The notes under the pieces were generated by a model. It saw only the letters and a list, made by a program, of their open reading frames with translations. It made no database searches and was not told where the DNA came from. From the human T2T-CHM13v2.0 reference genome, Homo sapiens, in the NCBI RefSeq assembly GCF_009914755.1, contig NC_060935.1: 64,000 bases of DNA; one strand, given 5' to 3'. Made by a program: the position numbers and the translations under genes. This document shows positions 39,101 to 51,849 of this stretch, one piece after another. The stretch's first letter is position 1. Every line of letters begins with the position of its first letter.

Positions 39101-42100
39101 CTCTTGACAGAGCAGCTCTGAAACCCTCTTTTTCTAGAATCTGCAAGTGGACATTTGGAGGGCTTTGAGTCCTGTGGTTGAAAAGGAAAATCTTCACATA
39201 AAAACTAGATGGAAGCATTCTGAGAAACTACTTTGTGATGATTGCATTCGACTCACAGAGTTGAACGTTCCTATAGATAGAGCAGGTTGTAAACAATCTT
39301 TTTGTAGAATCTGCGATTGGAGATTTGGACTGCTTTGAGGCCTACTGTAGTAAAGGAAATAACTTCATCTAAAAACCAAACGGAAGCATTCACAGACAAT
39401 TCTTAGTGATCATTGGATTGAACTAACAGAGCTGAACATTCCTTTAGATGGAGCAGTTTCCAAACACACTTTCTGTAGAATCTGCAAGTGGATATTTGGA
39501 CCTCTCTGAGGATTTCGTTGGAAACGGGATAAACTTCCCAGAACTACACGGAAGCATTCTGAGAAACTTCTTTGTGATGTTTGCATTCAACTCACAGTGT
39601 TGAACCTTGCTTTCATAGTTCAGCTTTCAAACACTCTTTTTGTAGAATCTGCAAGTGGATATTTGGACCACTTTGTGGCCTTCCTTCGAAACGGGTATAT
39701 CTTCACATCAAACCTAGACAGAAGCATTCTCAGAATGTTTCCTGTGATGACTGCATTCAACTCACAGAGGTGAACAATCCTGCTGATGGAGCAGTTTTGA
39801 AACTCTCTTTCTTTGGATTCTGCAAGTGGATATGTGGACCTCTGTGAAGATTTCGTTGGAAACGGGTTCATCTTCACAGAAAAACTAAACAGGAGCATTC
39901 TCAGAAACTGCTTTGTGATGTTTGTGTTCCACTTCAGGAATTGAACTTTCCTCTTGACAGTGCAGCTCTGAAACCCTCTTTTTCTAGAATCTGCAAGTGG
40001 ACATTTGGAGGGCTTTGAGGCCTGTGGTGGAAAAGGAAAATCTTCACATAAAAACTAGATGGAAGCATTCTCAGAAACTACTTTGTGATGATTGCATTCG
40101 ACTCACAGAGTTGAACATTCCTATAGATAGAGCAGGTTGTAAACAATCTTTTTGTAGAATCTGCGATTGGAGATTTGGACTGCTTTGAGGCCTACTGTAG
40201 TAAAGGAAATAACTTCATCTAAAAACCAAACGGAAGCATTCACAGACAATTCTTAGTGATCATTGGATTGAACTAACAGAGCTGAACATTCCTTTAGATG
40301 GAGCAGTTTCCAAACACACTTTCTGTAGAATCTGCAAGGGGATATTTGGACCTCTCTGAGGATTTCGTTGGAAACGGGATAAACTTCCCAGAACTACACG
40401 GAAGCATTCTGAGAAACTTCTTTGTGATATTTGCATTCAACTCACAGAGTTGAACCTTGCTTTCATAGTTCAGCTTTCAAACACTCTTTTTGTAGAATCT
40501 GCAAGTGGATATTTGGACCACTTTGTGGCCTTCCTTCGAAACGGGAATATCTTCACATCAAACCTAGACAGAAGCATTCTCAGAATGTTTCCTGTGATGA
40601 CTGCATTCAACTCACAGATGTGAACAATCCTGCTGATGGAGCAGTTTTGAAACTCTCTTTCTTTGGATTCTGCAAGTGGATATGTGGACCTCTGTGAAGA
40701 TTTCGTTGGAAACGGGTTCATCTTCACAGAAAAACTAAACAGGAGCATTCTCAGAAACTGCTTTGTGATGTTTGTGTTCCACTTCAGGAATTGAACTTTC
40801 CTCTTGACAGAGCAGCTCTGAAACCCTCTTTTTCTAGAATCTGCAAGTGGACATTTGGAGGGCTTTGAGGCCTGTGGTGGAAAAGGAAAATCTTCACATA
40901 AAAACTAGATGGAAGCATTCTCACAAACTACTTTGTGATGATTGCATTCGACTCACAGAGTTGAACATTCCTATAGATAGAGCAGGTTGTAAACAATCTT
41001 TTTCTAGAATCTGCGATTGGAGATTTGGACTGCTTTGAGGCCTACTGTAGTAAAGGAAGTAACTTCATCTAAAAACCAAACGGAAGCATTCACAGACAAT
41101 TCTTAGTGATCATTGGATTGAACTAACAGAGCTGAACATTCCTTTAGATGGCGCAGTTTCCAAACACACTTTCTGTAGAATCTGCCACTGGATATTTGGA
41201 CCTCTCTGAGGATTTCGTTGGAAATGGAATAAACATCCCAGAACTACACGGAAGCATTCTGAGAAACTTCTTTGTGATGTTTGCATTCAACTCACAGAGT
41301 TGAACCTTGCTTTCATAGTTCAGCTTTCAAACACTCTTTTTGTAGAATCTGCAAGTGGATATTTGGACCACTTTGTGGCCTTCCTTCGAAACGGGTATAT
41401 CTTCACATCAAACCTAGACAGAAGCATTCTCAGAATGTTTCCTGTGATGACTGCATTCAACTCACAGAGGTGAACAATCCTGCTGATGGAGCAGTTTTGA
41501 AACTCTCTTTCTTTGGATTCTGCAAGTGGATATGTGGACCTCTGTGAAGATTTCGTTGGAAACGGGTTCATCTTCACAGAAAAACTAAACAGGAGCATTC
41601 TCAGAAACTGCTTTGTGATGTTTGTGTTCCACTTCAGGAATTGAACTTTCCTCTTGACAGAGCAGCTCTGAAACCCTCTTTTTCTAGAATCTGCAAGTGG
41701 ACATTTGGAGGGCTTTGAGTCCTGTGGTGGAAAAGGAAAATCTTCACATAAAAACTAGATGGAAGCATTCTGAGAAACTACTTTGTGATGATTGCATTCG
41801 ACTCACAGAGTTGAACGTTCCTATAGATAGAGCAGGTTGTAAACAATCTTTTTGTAGAATCTGCGATTGGAGATTTGGACTGCTTTGAGGCCTACTGTAG
41901 TAAAGGAAATAACTTCATCTAAAAACCAAACGGAAGCATTCACAGACAATTCTTAGTGATCATTGGATTGAACTAACAGAGCTGAACATTCCTTTAGATG
42001 GAGCAGTTTCCAAACACACTTTCTGTAGAATCTGCAAGTGGATATTTGGACCTCTCTGAGGATTTCGTTGGAAACGGGATAAACTTCCCAGAACTACACG

Positions 42101-44200
42101 GAAGCATTCTGAGAAACTTCTTTGTGATGTTTGCATTCAACTCACAGAGTTGAACCTTGCTTTCATAGTTCAGCTTTCAAACACTCTTTTTGTAGAATCT
42201 GCAAGTGGATATTTGGACCACTTTGTGGCCTTCCTTCGAAACGGGTATATCTTCACATCAAACCTAGACAGAAGCATTCTCAGAATGTTTCCTGTGATGA
42301 CTGCATTCAACTCACAGAGGTGAACAATCCTGCTGATGGAGCAGTTTTGAAACTCTCTTTCTTTGGATTCTGCAAGTGGATATGTGGACCTCTGTGAAGA
42401 TTTCGTTGGAAACGGGTTCATCTTCACAGAAAAACTAAACAGGAGCATTCTCAGAAACTGCTTTGTGATGTTTGTGTTCCACTTCAGGAATTGAACTTTC
42501 CTCTTGACAGTGCAGCTCTGAAACCCTCTTTTTCTAGAATCTGCAAGTGGACATTTGGAGGGCTTTGAGGCCTGTGGTGGAAAAGGAAAATCTTCACATA
42601 AAAACTAGATGGAAGCATTCTCAGAAACTACTTTGTGATGATTGCATTCGACTCACAGAGTTGAACATTCCTATAGATAGAGCAGGTTGTAAACAATCTT
42701 TTTGTAGAATCTGCGATTGGAGATTTGGACTGCTTTGAGGCCTACTGTAGTAAAGGAAATAACTTCATCTAAAAACCAAACGGAAGCATTCACAGACAAT
42801 TCTTAGTGATCATTGGATTGAACTAACAGAGCTGAACATTCCTTTAGATGGAGCAGTTTCCAAACACACTTTCTGTAGAATCTGCAAGTGGATATTTGGA
42901 CCTCTCTGAGGATTTCGTTGGAAACGGGATAAACTTCCCAGAACTACACGGAAGCATTCTGAGAAACTTCTTTGTGATATTTGCATTCAACTCACAGAGT
43001 TGAACCTTGCTTTCATAGTTCAGCTTTCAAACACTCTTTTTGTAGAATCTGCAAGTGGATATTTGGACCACTTTGTGGCCTTCCTTCGAAACGGGAATAT
43101 CTTCACATCAAACCTAGACAGAAGCATTCTCAGAATGTTTCCTGTGATGACTGCATTCAACTCACAGATGTGAACAATCCTGCTGATGGAGCAGTTTTGA
43201 AACTCTCTTTCTTTGGATTCTGCAAGTGGATATGTGGACCTCTGTGAAGATTTCGTTGGAAACGGGTTCATCTTCACAGAAAAACTAAACAGGAGCATTC
43301 TCAGAAACTGCTTTGTGATGTTTGTGTTCCACTTCAGGAATTGAACTTTCCTCTTGACAGAGCAGCTCTGAAACCCTCTTTTTCTAGAATCTGCAAGTGG
43401 ACATTTGGAGGGCTTTGAGGCCTGTGGTGGAAAAGGAAAATCTTCACATAAAAACTAGATGGAAGCATTCTCACAAACTACTTTGTGATGATTGCATTCG
43501 ACTCACAGAGTTGAACATTCCTATAGATAGAGCAGGTTGTAAACAATGTTTTTGTAGAATCTGCGATTGGAGATTTGGACTGCTTTGAGGCCTACTGTAG
43601 TAAAGGAAATAACTTCATCTAAAAACCAAACGGAAGCATTCACAGACAATTCTTAGTGATCATTGGATTGAACTAACAGAGCTGAACATTCCTTTAGATG
43701 GCGCAGTTTCCAAACACACTTTCTGTAGAATCTGCCACTGGATATTTGGACCTCTCTGAGGATTTCGTTGGAAATGGAATAAACATCCCAGAACTACACG
43801 GAAGCATTCTGAGAAACTTCTTTGTGATGTTTGCATTCAACTCACAGAGTTGAACCTTGCTTTCATAGTTCAGCTTTCAAACACTCTTTTTGTAGAATCT
43901 GCAAGTGGATATTTGGACCACTTTGTGGCCTTCCTTCGAAACGGGTATATCTTCACATCAAACCTAGACAGAAGCATTCTCAGAATGTTTCCTGTGATGA
44001 CTGCATTCAACTCACAGAGGTGAACAATCCTGCTGATGGAGCAGTTTTGAAACTCTCTTTCTTTGGATTCTGCAAGTGGATATGTGGACCTCTGTGAAGA
44101 TTTCGTTGGAAACGGGTTCATCTTCACAGAAAAACTAAACAGGAGCATTCTCAGAAACTGCTTTGTGATGTTTGTGTTCCACTTCAGGAATTGAACTTTC
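39101..44200 (+). repeat. Tandem duplication of a 3-HOR (2550-bp) unit: HOR47-49 and HOR50-52
   Basis: GACAGTGCAGCT ~39961/42511, CGGGAATAT ~40546/43096, CAGATGTG, and GAAATGGAAT 41221/43771 all repeat at 2550 bp. Confidence 0.9.
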
Positions 44201-45050
44201 CTCTTGACAGAGCAGCTCTGAAACCCTCTTTTTCTAGAATCTGAAAGTGGACATTTGGAGGGCTTTGAGGCCTGTGGTGGAAAAGGAAAATCTTCACATA
44301 AAAACTAGATGGAAGCATTCTGAGAAACTACTTTGTGATGATTGCATTCGACTCACAGAGTTGAACGTTCCTATAGATAGAGCAGGTTGTAAACAATCTT
44401 TTTGTAGAATCTGCGATTGGAGATTTGGACTGCTTTGAGGCCTACTGTAGTAAAGGAAATAACTTCATCTAAAAACCAAACGGAAGCATTCACAGACAAT
44501 TCTTAGTGATCATTGGATTGAACTAACAGAGCTGAACATTCCTTTAGATGGAGCAGTTTCCAAACACACTTTCTGTAGAATCTGCAAGTGGATATTTGGA
44601 CCTCTCTGAGGATTTCGTTGGAAACGGGATAATCTTCCCAGAACTACACGGAAGCATTCTGAGAAACTTCTTTGTGATGTTTGCATTCAACTCACAGAGT
44701 TGAACCTTGCTTTCATAGTTCAGCTTTCAAACACTCTTTTTGTAGAATCTGCAAGTGGATATTTGGACCACTTTGTGGCCTTCCTTCGAAACGGGTATAT
44801 CTTCACATCAAACCTAGACAGAAGCATTCTCAGAATGTTTCCTGTGATGACTGCATTCAACTCACAGAGGTGAACAATCCTGCTGATGGAGCAGTTTTGA
44901 AACTCTCTTTCCTTGGATTCTGCAAGTGGATATGTGGACCTCTGTGAAGATTTCGTTGGAAACGTGTTCATCTTCACAGAAAAACTAAACAGAAGCATTC
45001 TCAGAAACTGCTTTGTGATGTTTGTGTTCCACTTCAGGAATTGAACTTTC

Positions 45051-48000
45051 CTCTTGACAGAGCAGCTCTGAAACCCTCTTTTTCTAGAGTCTGCAAGTGG
45101 ACATTTGGAGGGCTTTGAGGCCTGTGGTGGAAAAGGAAAATCTTCACATAAAAACTAGATGGAAGCATTCTCAGAAACTACTTTGTGATGATTGCATTCG
45201 ACTCACAGAGTTGAACATTCCTATAGATAGAGCAGGTTGTAAAGAATCTGTTTGTAGAATCTGCGATTGGAGATTTGGACTGCTTTGAGGTCTACTGTAG
45301 TAAAGGAAATAACTTCATCTAAAAACCAAACGGAAGCATTCACAGACAATTCTTAGTGATCATTGGATTGAACTAACAGAGCTGAACATTCCTTTAGATG
45401 GAGCAGTTTCCAAACACACTTTCTGTAGAATCTGCAAGGGGATATTTGGACCTCTCTGAGGATTTCGTTGGAAACGTGATAAACTTCCCAGAACTACACG
45501 GAAGCATTCTGAGAAACTTCTTTGTGATATTTGCATTCAACTCACAGAGTTGAACCTTGCTTTCATAGTTCAGCTTTCAAACACTCTTTTTGTAGAATCT
45601 GCAAGTGGATATTTGGACCACTTTGTGGCCTTCCTTCGAAACGGGTATATCTTCACATCAAACCTAGACAGAAGCATTCTCAGAATGTTTCCTGTGATGA
45701 CTGCATTCAACTCACAGAGGTGAACAATCCTGCTGATGGAGCAGTTTTGAAACTCTCTTTCTTTGGATTCTGCAAGTGGATATGTGGACCTCTGTGAAGA
45801 TTTCGTTGGAAACGGGTTCATCTTCACAGAAAAACTAAACAGGAGCATTCTCAGAAACTGCTTTGTGATGTTTGGGTTCCACTTCAGGAATTGAACTTTC
45901 CTCTTGACAGAGCAGCTCTGAAACCCTCTTTTTCTAGAATCTGCAAGTGGACATTTGGAGGGCTTTGAGTCCTGTGGTGGAAAAGGAAAATCTTCACATA
46001 AAAACTAGATGGAAGCATTCTCACAAACTACTTTGTGATGATTGCATTCGACTCACAGAGTTGAACATTCCTATAGATAGAGCAGGTTGTAAACAATCTT
46101 TTTGTAGAATCTGCGATTGGAGATTTGGACTGCTTTGAGGCCTACTGTAGTAAAGGAAATCACTTCATCTAAAAACCAAACGGAAGCATTCACAGACAAT
46201 TCTTAGTGATCATTGGATTGAACTAACAGAGCTGAACATTCCTTTAGATGGCGCAGTTTCCAAACACACTTTCTGTAGAATCTGCCACTGGATATTTGGA
46301 CCTCTCTGAGGATTTCGTTGGAAATGGGATAAACATCCCAGAACTACACGGAAGCATTCTGAGAAACTTCTTTGTGATGTTTGCATTCAACTCACAGAGT
46401 TGAACCTTGCTTTCATAGTTCAGCTTTCAAACACTCTTTTTGTAGAATCTGCAAGTGGATATTTGGACCACTTTGTGGCCTTCCTTCGAAACGGGTATAT
46501 CTTCACATCAAACCTAGACAGAAGCATTCTCAGAATGTTTCCTGTGATGACTGCATTCAACTCACAGAGGTGAACAATCCTGCTGATGGAGCAGTTTTGA
46601 AACTCTCTTTCTTTGGATTCTGCAAGTGGATATGTGGACCTCTGTGAAGATTTCGTTGGAAACGGGTTCATCTTCACAGAAAAACTAAACAGGAGCATTC
46701 TCAGAAACTGCTTTGTGATGTTTGTGTTCCACTTCAGGAATTGAACTTTCCTCTTGACAGAGCAGCTCTGAAACCCTCTTTTTCTAGAATCTGCAAGTGG
46801 ACATTTGGAGGGCTTTGAGGCCTGTGGTGGAAAAGGAAAATCTTCACATAAAAACTAGATGGAAGCATTCTGAGAAACTACTTTGTGATGATTGCATTCG
46901 ACTCACAGAGTTGAACGTTCCTATAGAGAGAGCAGGTTGTAAACAATCTTTTTGTAGAATCTGCGATTGGAGATTTGGACTGTTTTGAGGCCTACTGTAG
47001 TAAAGGAAATAACTTCATCTAAAAACCAAACGGAAGCATTCACAGACAATTCTTAGTGATCATTGGATTGAACTAACAGAGCTGAACATTCCTTTAGATG
47101 GAGCAGTTTCCAAACACACTTTCTGTAGAATCTGCAAGTGGATATTTGGACCTCTCTGAGGATTTCGTTGGAAACGGGATAAACTTCCCAGAACTACACG
47201 GAAGCATTCTGAGAAACTTTTTGTGATGTTTGCTTTCAACTCACAGAGTTGAACCTTGCTTTCATAGTTCAGCTTTCAAACACTCTTTTTGTAGAATCTG
47301 CAAGTGGATATTTGGACCACTTTGTGGCCTTCCTTCGAAACGGGTATATCTTCACATCAAACCTAGACAGACGCATTCTCTGAATGTTTCCTGTGATGGC
47401 TGCATTCAACTCACAGAGGTGAACAATCCTGTTGATGGAGCAGTTTTGAAACTCTCTTTCTTTAGATTCTGCATGTGGATATGTGGACCTCTGTGAAGAT
47501 TTCGTTGGAAACGGGTTCATCTTCACAGAAAAACTAAACAGGAGCATTCTCAGAAACTGCTTTGTGATGTTTGTGTTCCACTTCAGCAATTGAACTTTCC
47601 TCTTGACAGAGTAGCTCTGAAACCCTCTTTTTCTAGAATCTGCAAGTGGACATTTGGAGGGCTTTGAGGCCTGTGGTGGAAAAGGAAAATCTTCACATAA
47701 AAACTAGATGGAAGCATTCTCAGAAACTACTTTGTGATGATTGCATTCGACTCACAGAGTTGAACATTCCTATAGATAGAGCAGGTTGTAAACAATCTTT
47801 TTGTAGAATCTGCGATTTGAGATTTGGACTGCTTTGAGGCCTACTGTAGTAAAGGAAATAACTTCATCTAAAAACCAAACGGAAGCATTCACAGACAATT
47901 CTTAGTGATCATTTGATTGAACTAACCGAGCTGAACATTCCTTTAGATGGAGCAGTTTCCAAACACACTTTCTGTAGAATCTGCAAGTGGACATTTGGAC

Positions 48001-51000
48001 CTCTCTGAGGGTTTCGTTGGAAACGGGATAAACTTCCCAGAACTACACGGAAGCATTCTGAGAAAATTCTTTGTGATGTTTGCATTCAACTCACAGAGTT
48101 GAACCTTGCTTTCATAGTTCAGCTTTCAAACACTCTTTTTGTAGAATCTGCAAGTAGATATTTGGACCACTTTGTGGCCTTCCTTCGAAACGGGTATATG
48201 TTCACATCAAACCTAGACAGAAGCATTCTCAGAATGTTTCCTGTGATGACTGCATTCAACTCACAGAGGTGAACAATCCTGTTGATGGAGCAGTTTTGAA
48301 ACTCTCTTTCTTTGGATTCTGCATGTGGATATGTGGACCTCTGTGAAGATTTCGTTGGAAACGGGTTCATCTTCACAGAAAAACTAAACAGGAGCATTCT
48401 CAGATACTGCTCTGTGATGTTTGTGTTCCACTTCAGGAATTGAACTTTCCTCTTGACAGAGTAGCTCTGAAACCCTCTTTTTCTAGAATCTGCAAGTGGA
48501 CATTTGGAGGGCTTTGAGGCCTGTGGTGGAAAAGGAAAATCTTCACATAAATACTAGATGGAAGCATTCTCAGAAACTACTTTGTGATGATTGCATTCGA
48601 CTCACAGAGTTGAACATTCGTATAGATAGAGCAGGTTGTAAACAATCTTTTTGTAGAATCTGCGATTGGAGATTTGGACTGCTTTGAGGCCTAGTGTAGT
48701 AAAGGAAATAACTTCATCTAAAAACCAAACGGAAGCATTCACAGACAATTCTTAGTGATCATTTGATTGAACTAACCGAGCTGAACATTCCTTTAGATGG
48801 AGCAGTTTCCAAACACACTTTCTGTAGAATCTGTAAGTGGACATTTGGACCTCTCTGAGGGTTTCGTTGGAAACAGGATAAAATTCCCAGAACTACACGG
48901 AAGCATTCTGAGAAAATTCTTGGTGATGTTTGCATTCAACTCACAGAGTTGAACCTTGCTTTCATAGTTCAGCTTTCAAACACTCTTTTTGTAGAATCTG
49001 CAAGTGGATATTTGGACCACTTTGTGGCCTTCCTTCGAAACGGGTATATCTTCACATCAAACCTAGACAGAAGCATTCTCAGAATGTTTCCTGTGATGAC
49101 TGCATTCAACTCACAGAGGTGAACAATCCTGTTGATGGAGCAGTTTTGAAACTCTCTTTCTTTGGATTCTGCAAGTGGATATGTGGACCTCTGTGAAGAT
49201 TTCGTTGGAAACGGGTTCATCTTCACAGAAAAACTAAACAGGAGCATTCTCAGAAACTGCTTTGTGATGTTTGTGTTCCACTTCAAGAATTGAACTTTCC
49301 TCTTGACAGAGCAGCTCTGAAACCCTCTTTTTCTAGAATCTGCAAGTGGACATTTGGAGGGCTTTGAGGCCTGTGGTGGAAAAGGAAAATCTTCACATAA
49401 AAACTAGATGGAAGCATTCTCAGAAACTACTTTGTGATGATTGCATTCGACTCACAGAGTTGAACATTCCTATAGATAGAGCAGGTTGTAAACAATCTTT
49501 TTGTAGAATCTGCGATTGGAGATTTGGACTGCTTTGAGGCCTACTGTAGTAAAGGAAATAACTTCATTTAAAAACCAAACGGAAGCATTCACAGACAATT
49601 CTTAGTGATCATTGGATTGAACTAACAGAGCTGAACATTCCTTTAGATGGCGCAGTTTCCAAACACACTTTCTGTAGAATCTGCAAGTGGATATTTGGAC
49701 CTCTCTGAGGATTTCGTTGGAAACGGGATAAACTTCCCAGAACTACACGGAAGCATTCTGAGAAACTTCTTTGTGATGTTTGCATTCAACTCACAGAGTT
49801 GAACCTTGCTTTCATAGTTCAGCTTTCAAACACTCTTTTTGTAGAATCTGCAAGTAGATATTTGGACCACTTTGTGGCCTTCCTTCGAAACGGGTATATC
49901 TTCACATCAAACCTAGACAGAAGCATTCTCAGAATGTTTCCTGTGATGACTGCATTCAACTCACAGAGGTGAACAATCCTGTTGATGGAGCAGTTTTGAA
50001 ACTCTCTTTCTTTGGATTCTGCATGTGGATATGTGGACCTCTGTGAAGATTTCGTTGGAAACGGGTTCATCTTCACAGAAAAACTAAGCAGGAGCATTCT
50101 CAGAAACTGCTTTGTGATGTTTGTGTTCCACTTCAGGAATTGAACTTTCCTCTTGACAGAGTAGCTCTGAAACCCTCTTTTTCTAGAATCTGCAAGTGGA
50201 CATTTGGAGGGCTTTGAGGCCTGTGGTGGAAAAGGAAAATCTTCACATAAAAACTAGATGGAAGCATTCTCAGAAACTACTTTGTGATGATTGCATTCGA
50301 CTCACAGAGTTGAACATTCCTATAGATAGAGCAGGTTGTAAACAATCTTTTTGTAGAATCTGCGATTGGACATTTGGAATGCTTTGAGGCCTACTGTAGT
50401 AAAGGAAATAACTTCATCTAAAAACCAAACGGAAGAATTCACAGACAATTTTTAGTGATCATTTGATTGAACAAACCGAGCTGAACATTCCTTTAGATGG
50501 AGCAGTTTCCAAACACACTTTCTGTAGAATCTGCAAGTGGACATTTGGACCTCTCTGAGGGTTTCGTTGGAAAAGGGATAAACTTCCCAGAACTACACGG
50601 AAGCATTCTGAGAAAATTCTTTGTGATGTTTGCATTCAACTCACAGAGTTGAACCTTGCTTTCATAGTTCAGCTTTCAAACACTCTTTTTGTAGAATCTG
50701 CAAGTAGATATTTGGACCACTTTGTGGCCTTCCTTCGAAACGGGTATATCTTCACATCAAACCTAGACAGAAGCATTCTCAGAATGTTTCCTGTGATGAC
50801 TGCATTCAACTCACAGAGGTGAACAATCCTGTTGATGGAGCAGTTTTGAAACTCTCTTTCTTTGGATTCTGCATGTGGATATGTGGACCTCTGTGAAGAT
50901 TTCGTTGGAAACGGGTTCATCTTCACAGAAAAACTAAACAGGAGCATTCTCAGAAACTGCTCTGTGATGTTTGTGTTCCACTTCAGGAATTGAACTTTCC
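45051..51000 (+). repeat. Block duplicate (HOR54-60) of 1-5950 (HOR1-7), offset 45,050 bp = 53 HORs
   Basis: Shared rare variants at identical offset: GAAACGTGAT 421/45471, AAATCACTTC ~1111/46161, 1-bp deletion ~2170/47220, TGCGATTTGA 2761/47811, CAGATACTGC 3351/48401, AAACTAAGCA 5031/50081. Confidence 0.92.
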
Positions 51001-51849
51001 TCTTGACAGAGTAGCTCTGAAACCCTCTTTTTCTAGAATCTGCAAGTGGACATTTGGAGGGCTTTGAGGCCTGTGGTGGAAAAGGAAAATCTTCACATAA
51101 ATACTAGATGGAAGCATTCTCAGAAACTACTTTGTGATGATTGCATTCGACTCACAGAGTTGAACATTCGTATAGATAGAGCAGGTTGTAAACAATCTTT
51201 TTGTAGAATCTGCGATTGGAGATTTGGACTGCTTTGAGGCCTAGTGTAGTAAAGGAAATAACTTCATCTAAAAACCAAACGGAAGCATTCACAGACAATT
51301 CTTAGTGATCGTTTGATTGAACTAACCGAGCTGAACATTCCTTTAGATGGAGCAGTTTCCAAACACACTTTCTGTAGAATCTGTAAGTGGACATTTGGAC
51401 CTCTCTGAGGGTTTCGTTGGAAACGGGATAAAATTCCCAGAACTACACGGAAGCATTCTGAGAAAATTCTTGGTGATGTTTGCATTCAACTCACAGAGTT
51501 GAACCTTGCTTTCATAGTTCAGCTTTCAAACACTCTTTTTGTAGAATCTGCAAGTGGATATTTGGACCACTTTGTGGCCTTCCATCGAAACGGGTATATC
51601 TTCACATCAAACCTAGACAGAAGCATTCTCAGAATGTTTCCTGTGATGACTGCATTCAACTCACAGAGGTGAACAATCCTGTTGATGGAGCAGTTTTGAA
51701 ACTCTCTTTCTTTGGATTCTGCAAGTGGATATGTGGACCTCTGTGAAGATTTCGTTGGAAACGGGTTCATCTTCACAGAAAAACTAAACAGGAGCATTCT
51801 CAGAAACTGCTTTGTGATGTTTGTGTTCCACTTCAAGAATTGAACTTTC

